Position numbers and translations under genes: made by a program
Shown here: piece after piece, positions 36,735 to 48,931 of the stretch
Position numbering within the stretch: position 1 is the first letter of the stretch
Layout of the letters: each line of letters opens with the position of its first letter
NCBI RefSeq assembly: GCF_001194135.2
Contig: NC_068984.1
Coordinates: forward strand, 122,033,209-122,090,776
DNA length: 57,568 nucleotides
Source of the DNA: Octopus bimaculoides
Taxonomy: Eukaryota
Direction: 5' to 3'
The notes under the pieces: generated by a model
The model's database searches: none
Seen by the model: only the letters and a program-made list of their open reading frames with translations
What the model was told of the DNA's origin: nothing

Positions 36735-37129
36735 TGTTGTATTTTGGGATGGTCATTTCTTTTTTTTTTTTTTTTTTTTGGCCAAATAAACTCATGCACT
36801 ATATATTCTTTCTTCACTCATTTATTACTGTTCTTATTTTAACTCATGTCCATTGTCCAGAAATCTTTTGTCACACATCTATGACCACTTCTGCAATACT
36901 TTCTGTCCTTGTGTGTGCTCCTGCTCCCATTAGAGAATGGACTAAGTGGAACAGGAGCACACACGAAGACTGAAAGTGTTGCTGAAGAGGTCACAGACAT
37001 GTGACAAAAGATTTCCAGACAATGGACATGAGTTAGAATAAGAACAGTAATAAACAAGTGAAAAACAAATAAATAGTGTGTGAGTTTATTTGGCAAAAAG
37101 AAAAAAAATGACCAACCCAAAATACAACA
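36735..37129. mobile_element. Foldback element / MITE with ~190-bp arms and ~20-nt spacer
   Basis: TGTTGTATTTTGGG...CCCAAAATACAACA; arms align along their whole length (mirror ORFs 36734-36973+ and 36839-37120- are near-identical). No clear TSD. Confidence 0.85.
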
Positions 37130-37200
37130 ACATCTGTTTCAAAACACAGTTTCACATCAGGAGTCTTGTAACACAAATTCATAACTGAGAAATATATTCT

Positions 37201-37555
37201 TTCATTCTTTTACTTGTTTCAGTCATTTGACTGCAGACATGCTGGAGCACCACCTTGAACATTTTCTTTTAGTTGAATGAATTGACTCCAGTACTTATTT
37301 TTTGATACTTATTCTATCAGCCACTTTTGCTGAACTGCAAAGTTACGGGGTTGTAAGCACACCAACACCAGTTGTCACATGGTGGTGGGGTCAAACATAG
37401 ACACTAAGACACACACAAATATATAATATATATATGCGTATATATATGATGGGCTTCTTTCAGTTTCCATCTACCAAATTCATTCACAAAGCTTTGGACC
37501 ATAGCTATAGTAGAAGACGCTTCCTCAAGGTGCCCTGCAGTGGGACTGAACCCAG
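37201..37555 (-). mobile_element. CORE-like SINE (tail A), head in gap
   Basis: Colinear with 29446-29849. Confidence 0.8.
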
Positions 37556-37776
37556 NNNNNNNNNNNNNNNNNNNNNNNNNNNNNNNNNNNNNNNNNNNNN
37601 NNNNNNNNNNNNNNNNNNNNNNNNNNNNNNNNNNNNNNNNNNNNNNNNNNNNNNNNNNNNNNNNNNNNNNNNNNNNNNNNNNNNNNNNNNNNNNNNNNNN
37701 NNNNNNNNNNNNNNNNNNNNNNNATATATATATATATATGTGTGTGTACATACACACTCACAACATAAATATATAT

Positions 37777-37814
<38 letters not shown>

Positions 37815-38119
37815 TAAATATTGAGATATGCTATTGACTATCCAATAATTTATTTATATTACAATATTACATTAAATACTATGAATATAATATAACATAA
37901 CATAATATTATATAACGTAAGGTGAGAGGTATTGGTATCCAGAAGATCCAAGATGGTAGGTAAGGTTATGGGAAGATCGTAGTTAGACTCTTGGTTCGAT
38001 AATAATACGAGTGAGGAGTCTCATGTGGGTCTTGTGTGAGTATGTATATGTTAAATAAAATGAGACAACAAAGCCAAGGCTGTGTGGAATTTATAGGACA
38101 TTTATAAAGAGAAAGAGAG

Positions 38120-38165
38120 TCTTACGGCTGTTTCTGGGATATTAGGGATATCCCTTCATCAGAGA
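38120..38165 (-). ncRNA. Minimal type I hammerhead ribozyme candidate (Penelope-like)
   Basis: UCU-CUGAUGA-A-GGGAUAU-CCCUA-AUAUCCC-A-GAA-AC-AGCC-GU-A-AGA: full core, 7-bp stem II, GUA triplet, 3-bp stem I. Confidence 0.5.
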
Positions 38166-38773
38166 TGATATGAGAGAGTTAACTAGAGGGAAATAGTAGA
38201 GTTCAATACAAGGAGTTATTTTGGAAAAGGATGGATATGTATGTATGTATGTATGTGTGTGTGTGTATGTAAGTATGTATGTATAGGTGTGTGTGTGTGT
38301 AGGCTTGGTAGTAAAGCAATAGAACTCGATATATGAGTATATACTTTTAATGGTGATTAAAATATATATAGAGTAAAACTGTTTAAAGTTCCACATGAAC
38401 CAAACATATATAAATATACCATATGTGTGTGTGTGTGTGTGTGTGTGTACTGTAAGTCTGAGGTAAATGTCTTAAGTACTAGTGAACTCTGTAGGGGTGA
38501 AGGGAATGTTCAATTTTCAGGCTTCTACTAGACACTATGTAATTAAGGCAGCTGAAAATGAATATTCCCTAAGAAATCATGATACTCTGATTGTTTGTTG
38601 TGAGTGTCTGCATGATCCATCATATCAGATGCCAACAGTTGCTGCTAAGCATTCTTCACCGTGCACTTGAAAAGGCACACCACAGTCCCTGATTATCATT
38701 AAGAACCTAATACTATTTCTGATTCATTCTCACATTGGGATTTTTCATGATTTAGCTTTGAATCTTATAGTAA

Positions 38774-38992
38774 CCCTTTTGATACCAACCCGCCTGAGAC
38801 TACCCTTTGTTCTACGAAGTAAACTCTGTTTTACAGTGATCTAAATTAAAACTAACCCTCAAAATTTTATGTTAATTTATACTCCAAACACTAGATAAAT
38901 AATGACAAAAATTATTTTACTAAATTCTTCCTTGTTTTCAAGATTAATTGAAACAAAAGCACTATTTCAACAGAAATATGGCAACAAAAGGG
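38774..38992. mobile_element. TTAA-targeting MITE, family 2
   Basis: gtaa|CCCTTTT...AAAAGGG|ttaa; internal sequence unrelated to family 1. Confidence 0.65.
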
Positions 38993-39939
38993 TTAATTCT
39001 GTTTCTGAAATTGAGGTTTTTGTTTGTGGGATGGTGGTTAGGTTCATGTTTTCTTCTGCTATTTTTTCTGAAATTGAACTCTCTCTCTCTCTCCCTTTCC
39101 CTCTTTCTATGTTCCAATGTATTCTACCACAATTTTTTTCAAAGCTATTTTGTTTGAAAGCTATCAATCCAGAATCTGAAATTTCCTTTAAATTTCCTGA
39201 TATTTTGGTCAGCTTTTTTTATTTGCAATGCTTGTATTATTTATGTATTTATTTGTGTATTTATTGTGGTAATAGCTTACACAAGAAACTCATGTAAGCG
39301 TATTGCAAGCTGGAAGGTATATATTACAGTAGAATCCACTATTGAATATCCTTTACAAACTGACATCAGGTTATATTAAGTCTGTAAAAATTCTGGGAAG
39401 GAAAAAAAAAAATCACATGAATAAAATAAAGAAAAAAATATAATGACTTAAAAAGAATTTCGATAAATAAATAAATAAATAAATAAATAGATAGATAAAT
39501 AAAAACTAAAAACTACTAAAGAGAAAATATTTCCTCTCAGAAATAAATAAAGTACTTCTAAGACTGTAAGGAGTGTTTTGAAGATAATTAAAGACTAAAT
39601 ATTCTACAAGGATTCACCAAAGACAGTGAGGTTTACCACACCTTCCATTGGAATGTTTTCTGTTTTGTTGGGATTTTTTTTTCTGTTTATTTTTTCTTTC
39701 AAACATTTGAAACCTTGAAATTGCTGAGTCATGTGACTTTTGCTACACTTATTTACTTACTGACAGGAATTTTAAGGAAAATGTTTTGGGTCTAACACAT
39801 AATAAATGCTCTACAGACATTCAAGGCTTTAAACTCAAACAGACATTCTTCAAATGACTCTTAGTACTGGGCCCAGCTCCCCTGCCCCACCAACTCCACC
39901 ATTCCAGAAATAAGATAAAGCCCCCTATTGCCATCAACA

Positions 39940-40094
39940 CCACCAATAACAACAACAACAACAACAATACTATCATCATCATCATCACCTACCAAGACAG
40001 CAATCATCACCACCACTAACACTAGGCCTCCGTCATCATCATCAACAGCATTGTCACTACCACTGCCACTATCATCATCTTCATCATCATCATC

Positions 40095-40126
<32 letters not shown>

Positions 40127-40640
40127 CATCACCATCATCATCACCATCATCATCAATATCATTGCCACCATCACTGTCCCTATTATCAATATCATCTCTA
40201 TCGTCAGCTTCCTCATCATCATCTACTTCTCTTCTCTCATTCTCTTATCTGTCTCTATTATCCTTCTCTCATTTGCCCTTATACCTTTCTCTCCCTCTCT
40301 CTCTCTTACACACACACATGCACACAAACTCTCTCTCTCTTTCTCTCTCTCAACGATGCAGTCTTTCTCTCGGTCTTTTACTCTCTGTCTAATGAATTAT
40401 TACTGTTATTCACTCTCTCTCTATGTTTGCTTCTTTCTCTATCTCCGTGCATTGCAGTTTCTTTCTTTTGCTATGTTGCTGTCTCTTTCCCTTATTATAT
40501 TTCTCTCCCTTCATCTAGATGTCTGTTGCCTTTTCTTTGTGAGTCTCTCCCCTACTCTTTCTCTCTCTCTCTCTCTTTCTCTGTTTCACACCTCTCTGTA
40601 TATGTTATTCTTCTCTCTGTCTATCTCCTTTTTTCTCTCT
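39940..40640. repeat. Low-complexity (CAT/CAC)n and (CT)n tract
   Basis: Direct inspection. Confidence 0.9.
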
Positions 40641-40903
40641 TAATTCCTAATTTTAAGTTGCTTATCATAATATAAGACAAATATCACTCTGATCAGGACA
40701 CCGGTCTAGCACAGATAATATTCCCTGGTACTATGCTATCTTTTCTCCCTGGACTTCTAAATAAACCAAAGTACTGTACAACATAATGTCCTCTCCAGAA
40801 ATGCAGCCAAACACATACAAACTGCCGACTCAAACTCCCAACAATAAGAGCAGCTTACTAAATGCCTTATGCATTTGGTCTTCTCCCATCTATTACCTGA
40901 AAC

Positions 40904-41254
40904 CAGTGGTTCTCAATTGGGATCCATATGGCTCATGAGAGTCCATTAAAGATTTTGTGGTGTCCATACAATAAAATAGTAAATTGGGGATCCACAATAG
41001 CATTTTAAGGGTCCCCGAAACAATTTTGCTTTAGATGTATGTATTGGTATGTATTGCAAGAAATAGAAAGGTGTCTTTCTTTAACATTTTACATAATTCA
41101 ACCTACGTAAATTAAAGTTTGAAAAACCAAATAGGAATTTTGAAAGAAGTTTCTATAAAACTAGTTTTTAAGCATCAAATGGTTATGGGGGTTCACTAGG
41201 ATAAAATAGTAATCAAAGGGGTCCATAGATAAAAAAAATGGTTGAGAACCCCTA
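40904..41254. mobile_element. hAT/Charlie-type MITE, same family as 20980-21315
   Basis: CAGTGGTTCTCAA ... TTGAGAACCCCTA; TSD CCTGAAAC / CCTTAAAC (7/8). Confidence 0.85.
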
Positions 41255-41524
41255 CCTTAAACCATGAAAAATATTTTAATGACACAGCTCTTGCTTCTGG
41301 AGTGGTCAGAAGAATAAAGAATCATTATCAAGGATAACCAAAGGTCACCTAAATGCTACTTGTTAAAATATCCTGGTCCTTATCTGATATCAAAATTCAG
41401 AAGCCTTCAACATAATATTTTGGTTTTATATTTCTCAACAGGACATAAACATCATAATGAGCTCTCCCGCAAAATATTTTACATGATATATAATCTGACA
41501 ATTTTAAACAGTAGGTGCAAGTGT

Positions 41525-41754
41525 TATTTCTTTACTGCCCACAAGGGGCTACACACTGAGGGGACAAACAAGGACAGACAAACAGATCAAGTCGATTATA
41601 TCGACCCCAGTGCGTAACTGGTACTTATTTAATCGACCCCAAAAGGATGAAAGGCAAAGTCGACCTCGGCGGAATTTGAACTCAGAACGTAGCGGCAGAC
41701 GAAATACCGCTAAGCATTTCGCCCAGCGTGCTATCATTTCTGCCAGCTCACCGC
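41525..41754 (-). mobile_element. Young Meta-domain-like SINE
   Basis: CpG-intact head GCGGTGAGCTGGCAG, GAGTTCAAATTCC B-box and GTCGACTTTGCCTTTCATCC...GGGGTCGAT domain. Confidence 0.9.
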
Positions 41755-41756
41755 AA

Positions 41757-41890
41757 GTGTGGTCTGGGATTCAATCCCACTGCACAGCACCTTAAGCAAA
41801 TGGCTTCTACTATTCAGCCCTGTGATGGTCAAAACCTTGTGAGTGGATTATTTAGTAGACAGATACTTGAAGAAGCCTGTTGCATATATG
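41757..41890 (+). mobile_element. CORE-like SINE fragment
   Basis: GGATTCAATCCC B-box and CACCTTAAGCAAATGGCTTCTAC. Confidence 0.6.
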
Positions 41891-42024
41891 TATATATACC
41901 AAGCTTTGAAAAAGTCCTGTTACACTCATTACAACGCTCTCGACAAAGGACACGATGATAGTTTTGATGCAGTTAGACATGTTTTTATTGTTTTAACATA
42001 TAAATATGTGTTTAGATATTAATA

Positions 42025-44185
42025 TTAATCACTGTGGCTGCCTTTGGTGGTGGGCATGCACTCCAGGCTTGACCTGAACGCTGCACACATGTTGCAGATG
42101 AAGTCTTTCCTCATGTTGGCCCACACACATTGACGGAGTGATTTGGATTTCCTGCAGTGTTCCTGATCTGATTGATCACAGTAATGTGTCCAGCAATAGT
42201 CAGCTAGTTTACTGTCATTCCAGAAACCTTGGTACCATTTCTCCTTGGCACTAATGTCCTGTTGAAATCTTTCACCATGTTCATCAGATGCTGCTCCAAA
42301 GTTATCTGCAAAGAAATTCAGATGGGAGTCCAAGAAGTGAACTTTCAGTGACATGTGACAACCCATTGCTGAGTAACATTTCAGAAGATTCTTGATGTCA
42401 TCCTTTGGCCTTCTTGTTTCCCAAGAAATTCTCACAGATCCAATTGAAAGCATTCCAGGCAGGCAGTTCCAGTTCATCTAGTGTTGTCTTGAAGTTGACA
42501 TCTTTGAGTATTTCTGTAATTTGGGGTCCGATGAAGATACCCTCTTTCAACTTCACCTGTGTGATTTTCGGAAACTTTTCTACAATATACTCAAACCCTC
42601 TGGCATTTCTCTTTCTTAGTGTCTTTACAAACTGTTTCATCAGTCCAAGCTTTATATGCAAAGGAAGCAATAGGACATTTCATGGATCTACAAGTGGTGT
42701 ATTCTTGACGCTAGACAGTCCTGGCTGGTATGATGTTCTTGTCTGCCAGTTTGATCCTGAGTAATGTTTTGCAGTTGTCCAACTACCCAATAGACACAAG
42801 AAACAACAGTATTTTGTGAATCCTGACTACATTCCCATTAACATACCAATGACTTGTAAATCTCCACCTATTTTCCATGAGTATCTTTCATAGGCAATAG
42901 CATGAAATAAGAGCTTCATATTCTCATATGATTCATGAAGATGAATGGAGAGTGCAATAAGAATGGAGGGCTTCAACTTACCATTACGGAGAAGTACAGC
43001 TTTTAAACTTCGTTTTGAAGAGTCAATAAACAAACACCACTCTGCAGGATCATGATTTTGTAATAAACATTTGAAAGGTCCATTGATGCTACTGCAAAAG
43101 TAAAGTGAGCCTTCAACAGAAGAACATGCTTCTAGAACCATATTTCTCTACTAAAAATAAGTTATATGAACACCGTGCTCTAACAGATACTTTTCCTTTA
43201 GTCTTGTGCCAACAGTTCTGCTTTATCTTTTGAGAGGGACAGGTCTCTGACAAGGTCATTTAGTTCAGCTTGGAAAAATTTCTGAGGTTCAAAGGTATCG
43301 TCATCAGCCACGTAATCTTCCTCAGCAGCACTATCATGACAGTCAGCACCATCAGCTGATGTTTCAATACCATCATCTGGTGGAACTAGAATTGGCAGAC
43401 TTCCATTGTAAGGCACAGGTCTCATTGCAGAAACCAAATTGGGATACACAATTTTGTATTTATTCTTCATAGAAAATCTTGTGACATTTATTTTGCAAAA
43501 ATAACAGTCATTAAAATGGTCACTTGGCTCCTCCATATCATCGGACTGGCAAAAGGTATAGACTTCTTATTGAACCAGTCATGTAAGCCATTTGAGCCAG
43601 CTGAACAGATAAAATGTGGTGTCAATAACCTGTCCTGATCTCTAAGAGGAAAGTCAAAGTATAGCTTATAAATCTTCTTGATCTCTGGTATTATCGTAAG
43701 TTTTTGAGCTTTCACAATAAATTGTCCACAGACATAACAAAACACATCAGGACGATTTCTAAACTGTCTTGACATTGTTAACACTGTAAAACAAGTAAGA
43801 AAATAGATACAAATGGTTATACTTGTATTGAATTTGAGATGATGAAATATTTCATTAAACCAATTACGACTGGAAAATTTGAGATGCTGAAACACCTATT
43901 TCATCAGACAAAACTTGATTTAAAATGAAATATTGCATCTGAACTATGCAGCAATAAATAATGTAGTTTATTTTAAAGGTATGTTTCCATGACGTAAATG
44001 AAATACATGCATACACGTCATTAACTGGAATTTCTATATAATGCATGAACTAAAACCATAACACTTTCTTACCTTGGAAACTGTACGTGATGTCAAAAAA
44101 CTAATGGTATATTTGAAATCAGCATTAAAAACTACATTGGGCACACCTTGACATATGCTTGATCAAAAATACTTGCTGACCTGTG
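42025..44185 (-). mobile_element. Chapaev3-like (CMC superfamily) DNA transposon; one terminus at 44185, the other not found
   Basis: Minus-strand terminus CACAGGTCAGCAAG flanked by TTA (44186-44188); subterminal CTGATTTCAAAT...CATCACGTACAGTTTCC motif; transposase motifs listed in the next feature. Family name is from recalled motifs. Confidence 0.75.
42110..43775 (-). pseudogene. Disrupted Chapaev3-like DDE transposase (~550 codons; several stops and frameshifts)
   Basis: MSRQFRNRPDVFCYVCG; EPSDHFNDCYFC...YPNLVSAMRPVP; LFIDSSKRSLKAVLL; GGDLQV; TKYCCFLC; LPLHIKLGLMKQFVK; GIFIGPQI; MSLKVHFLDSHL; SDEHGERFQQDI; LADYCW. Confidence 0.9.
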
Positions 44186-44730
44186 TTATAGGACTGCTTG
44201 ATCAGGGCTGACCTAGGGTTAATGAAACGCCATCGTCACAGTAATTATCATCATCATCATCATCATATGAGCCACTATGCAGTTGTTTATCTTGCAAGAA
44301 ATATTTGCAAATGTCCCACAAACCATACCCTATTGTCTTAAAAATTGAAGGACATGTTAGTTCATGTACTTCTAGATACATTATCTCTGAATAAATGTTA
44401 GGATGGACACAGCCAAAATTTTTTTGCTTTTGATCAAAGGTCTGTTCAAATGAGGCTGAATAACTACAACAGTTTCCAACTGAGACATATATCAGGGGAA
44501 TAGCTAGGAAGTGGGATGCAGTCCAACCCCAGGTAACACTTTTGCAGGAGTGGCACTTTTGGGTCTACTGTATAAGCCGGTATTTTTTTTGTAGAAACCC
44601 AAGGGTTACGCCAAATGGCACAACAAGTAGGGGAGGAAAAAACAAACTCAAGAGTTACGATGAGTGGCACGCACACACACACACACACACACAAGCCAAA
44701 CCACTGATACATATTTTGGAGAACTGAAAT

Positions 44731-44839
44731 ATTGTCCACAGACATAACAAAACACATCAAAACGATTTCTACACTGTCTTGGCATTGTTAACACTGTAAA
44801 ACAAGTAAGAAAATAGATACAATTTATTTTCTTACTTGT
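44731..44839 (-). repeat. 92-bp copy of the transposase start region (43721-43812) ending in a 15-bp foldback
   Basis: 4 mismatches versus 43721-43812; inverted repeat ACAAGTAAGAAAATA (44801-44815) / TATTTTCTTACTTGT (44825-44839). Confidence 0.9.
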
Positions 44840-44859
44840 AATTTTAGCCAGCAATTTTG

Positions 44860-45026
44860 GTGAGGTGGGGATAAGTCGATTACATGGACCCCAGTACTCA
44901 ACTGGTACTTATTTTATTGACCTCAAAAGGAGGAAAAAGGCAAAGTTGACCTCAGAACATAAAGATGGATGAAATGCCACTAAGCATTTTGCCCAGTGTG
45001 CTAATGATTCTGCCAGCTTGCTGCCC
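44860..45026 (-). mobile_element. Meta-domain-like SINE
   Basis: AGGCAAAGTTGACC and GATTCTGCCAG motifs (reverse complement of consensus). Confidence 0.7.
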
Positions 45027-45232
45027 TGGAGAGTTGAAATATTGCTGAGAGAATATTCATTCAATTCAGTTCTTGTAATTGATAAGTAATTATTTTGCTT
45101 GACTCCTGAAGAATAAAGGCAAAGATTTGAACTCCTAAAGTAAAGGGATGTAACAAGTACTCAGCTGACTCTACCATCCAAACACTTGTTGCAGTCTTTG
45201 TACTGCAGCCATACTGAGGCATCATCTTAAAG

Positions 45233-45660
45233 CAACGTTTCTCAACTGGAGTTCCCCAGAACCCTAGGGCTTCCATGAGAAAGAGTGAGATAAGCTAAGG
45301 ATAATTTCCTGACCGTAATGTTACTATACATGCACAACATAATTATTGGTTATTGTAATATAGACATCATCCTGTTTAACCTATTATGTTATCAAAAAAA
45401 TATAACAACTATTGGGGATATATTTAATGATGTCTGTAATTTATGGACACCCTATATATATATCTAAAGGATGTGTTATAACACTATTCCATATATACAC
45501 AAACAGCCATACCAACAATCCAACATACCTCCATCCACATGAACTACAATGAAAAAAATATGAGGAAAATATGGTATGTAATTTTTTTTGTGCAGGGGTT
45601 CCTTGAGACATGTAATTTATTTTAAGGGTTATGCAAGGGTAAAAAGGTTGAGAAACACTG
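45233..45660. mobile_element. hAT-type MITE, third family
   Basis: CAACGTTTCTCAAC / GTTGAGAAACACTG; TSD TCTTAAAG / CCTTAAGG (6/8). Confidence 0.7.
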
Positions 45661-45824
45661 CCTTAAGGGGTTTAGTCAAACAAATGAACCCCAGTACTTG
45701 TGTGTTTTTAAAGCTTGTGTGTTCCATATTTTTATGACAGAGCACCAAAATATGTGGTGCATTGCCGTACTTGAGAAAACCCATTCATCACAACAGAATT
45801 GAGATCCTAAAACCAAATGCCACA

Positions 45825-46060
45825 TAAAAGCATTGGTGTGGGTGCTGGTACCATGTAAAAAGCACTGGTGATGGTGCCACCAAGGACATTCTGTAAAGTA
45901 GTTGGCATTAGGAATGGCATCCAGCCTGAGAAACCTTGCCAAAACAGACAATTGGAGTCTGGTGCAGCTCTCTGGCTGCTAGCCCTTGTCAAACCATCCA
46001 ACCCATGCCAGCATGGAAAGTAGTTGTTGAATGATGAGGATGACGATGACGATGATGATG
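45825..46060 (+). mobile_element. RTE-tailed SINE-like repeat (3' part)
   Basis: GTTGGCATTAGGAATGGCATCCAGC...CCAACCCATGCCAGCATGGAAAG(GAT)n. Confidence 0.7.
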
Positions 46061-46061
46061 A

Positions 46062-46431
46062 TACTTATTCTATTGGTCTCTTTTGTCAAGCTGCTAAGTT
46101 ATGAGACATAAAGAAACCGACACTGGTTGTCAAGCAACTTTGGTAGTGGTGGTGGTGGTGGTGGTGGTGGTGGTAGTAGTAATTGGAAGGACAAAGACAC
46201 ACACACACACACACATGCACGCATGCATGCACACACAGACACATACACATACATATACGCACACTAACACATATACTACAGGCTTCCACAGTTTCCAATC
46301 ATCTAAATTCACTCAAAAGGCATTGTTTGGCTTGGGGCCATATTTAGAAGACACATAACCAATGTGCCACACAGTGGGATTGAACCTGAAACCACATGGT
46401 TGCAAAACAAGCTTCTTAACCACACAGCCAT
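46062..46431 (-). mobile_element. CORE-like SINE with truncated tail A
   Basis: Head at the right, (CA)n and (GTG)n in the middle, TACTTATTCTATTGGTCTC at the left. Confidence 0.7.
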
Positions 46432-46809
46432 AATTCTAACATATATCATCGACCCTGAAAAAACGAAAAATCAAAGCCATACTCAGCTGGATTTGAACTC
46501 AGAATGTAAAGAGGTGTAACTAAATACCAAAAGGTATTTTGCTTGTCAGTCTATGGGTATTTAGTTGGTGAGAGACTCAGACAATAATGAAATAATAAAT
46601 GCTCCATTTCTTTGTCTCTTTCCTCTTCCCTACCATCAACGATTCATCCCCATGAGCTCCTCTGCCAACATCCACCAACACACTAAGTACTATATCATAT
46701 TCTCTAAAACAGTTTTCATCTGTTCACCAGATCGTATAACAAACAACATAGTTGAAATATCGCTGACAACTTCACCCTATATGTGGTNNNNNNNNNNNNN
46801 NNNNNNNNN

Positions 46810-47445
46810 NNNNNNNNNNNNNNNGGTGATGGTAGTGGTGGTGGTAGTGGTGGCGGCGGCAGCATTGGTTTAGCTGGTGGTGACAATGATGTGACTAGGC
46901 TGGAGGTTGAGATGATGATGATGATGGTGGTGATGATAATGGTAATGGTAATGGTAGTAGTGGTGGGGTTAGGGTAGTGTAGGGAGAAGAGATACCAATG
47001 ATGGTTATGATGATGATGGCGGTGGTGGCGGTTGTGGAGGTGGTGGTGATGGTTGAAAACAATNNNNNNNNNNNNNNNNNNNNNNNNNNNNNNNNNNNNN
47101 NNNNNNNNNNNNNNNNNNNNNNNNNNNNNNNNNNNNNNNNNNNNNNNNNNNNNNNNNNNNNNNNNNNNNNGTGGTGGTGGTGGTGGTGGTGGTGGTGGTG
47201 CTGGCTGTGGTGGTAGTTGTGGTGGGGGATGATGGCAACAAGGGTAATGGAGGTGGTGATGGTGCTGATGGAGGTATTGGTTGTGATGTTGGTGATGATG
47301 ATGGTTGTCAGAGTGCAGGTGGAAACAATGATGGTAGTAGTGTGGGGGCAATGGTGTTGGATGTCATGGTGGAAACAATGATGGGGTTGGCGGTAGTAAG
47401 AATGCCAATAGTGATATTGGTAACAGTAATGGATGGTGATGATGG

Positions 47446-47476
<31 letters not shown>

Positions 47477-47515
47477 GGTGGTGGTGGTGGTGGTGCCAGT
47501 GGTGATGGGAGGTGA
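46810..47515. repeat. (GTG/GAT)n low-complexity tract with gaps
   Basis: Direct inspection. Confidence 0.9.
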
Positions 47516-47562
47516 CAATTAATAGCTGGAGAGAGATAGTAATTAATATATGTTCTAGGGAA

Positions 47563-47775
47563 GGCAGAGAGCTGACAGAATCGTTAGCATACTGGGCGTG
47601 CATAGCGGCATTTTGTCCATATTCACGTCCTGAGTTCAAATTCCACTGAGGTCAACTTTGCTTTTCCATCCTTTTGGAGTCAATAAAACAAGAACCAGTT
47701 GTGCACTGGAGTCGATGTAATTGACTTGCTCTACCTTTGGAATTGCTGGCGTTGTGCCAAAATTTGAAATCAATA
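47563..47775 (+). mobile_element. Meta-domain-like SINE
   Basis: GAGCTGACAGAATCGTTAGCA, GAGTTCAAATTCC and GGTCAACTTTGC motifs. Confidence 0.75.
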
Positions 47776-47925
47776 TATGTTCTAGGTGCTGGTGGTATTG
47801 ACGGTGGCTTTAAGATGGCCTAATATCAAAGGTCATTAACTGTTAGGGGTAGTTAAAGTAGCATGATGATGATGATGGTGATGGTGATGGTGATGATGAT
47901 GATGATTTCGTTGGTGATACAGTAA

Positions 47926-48140
47926 GGCAGTGGGCTGGCTGAACCACTACCACACCAAACAAAATGCTAAGCAATATTTCTTCTGTTTCTTTATGTTCTA
48001 AGTTCAAATACCACTGGGGTTGACTTTGCCTTTCATCCTTCCTGGATCGATAGCATAAGTAGCAGTTCAGCACTGGGGTTGATGTAACTGTTTTCCCCTC
48101 CCCTCAAAATTGCCAGCCTTGTGCCAAAATTCAAAAGAAT
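47926..48140 (+). mobile_element. Meta-domain-like SINE
   Basis: GGTTGACTTTGCCTTTCATCCTTCCTGGATCGATAGCATAAGTAGCAG. Confidence 0.7.
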
Positions 48141-48464
48141 ATTGGTGATGCTTGTGATGATAATGGTAGTAGAGGTAATCATGAATATGGCGCTAATGGT
48201 ATTGATGGTAGTCATGACCAACTAGAAGTTAGAAGTTACTTTGGCTCAAGGTTATGTGGTAGTTGCCATAGTTAATCTAGCAATGCGTTGTATCTGCATT
48301 AGCAATCATCACAACCTTCAAAATACATGAGTGCCACATCATCAGGTAGTGATTATCTGTTAGGTTGATTATAGAAGATCAAGCCTATAAATATATAAAG
48401 AGGAGAACTCTTTAATTATTGTAATTTTTTAAATATATCATTATCATCATCATTATCACCACTA

Positions 48465-48716
48465 CTATCGTTATCATCATTTTAATGTCCATTTTTCATA
48501 CTTTCATGAGTTAGACAAAATTTTTAGAGGTATACTTTCTAAGGTTTGGTGCCTTTCCTATTTCCAAGCAAGGGAAAATTTCCCATGGCTAGATATGGTT
48601 TTCTTGACAGAATGGAAATGAACAAGATCATTTGTATGATAGTGATGTTCATTTACAACCATTGTGTGATACCAAGGCAAGGGTACACACACATATGCAT
48701 ATCACTCATGCATGTA

Positions 48717-48763
<47 letters not shown>

Positions 48764-48931
48764 GTATGCAACAGGCTTCTTTCCGTTTCTGTGTACCAAA
48801 TCCACTAATAAGGTGTTGGTTGGCCCAGGGCTAAAACAGAAGCCACTTGCCTAAAGTGCCACACAATGGGACTGGAGCCAAAGCCAAATGGTTGGAAAGC
48901 AAGCTTTTTAACCATACAACCAAACCTGCAC
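48465..48931 (-). mobile_element. CORE-like SINE head plus (CA)n plus tail B
   Basis: Head/CORE at 48772-48931, (CA)n at 48720-48760, tail B at 48465-48700. Confidence 0.7.

Noticed and set aside
42025-42040. CACTGTG as the second transposon terminus
   Set aside because: No matching TTA target duplication and no similarity to the 44185 terminus beyond CAC.
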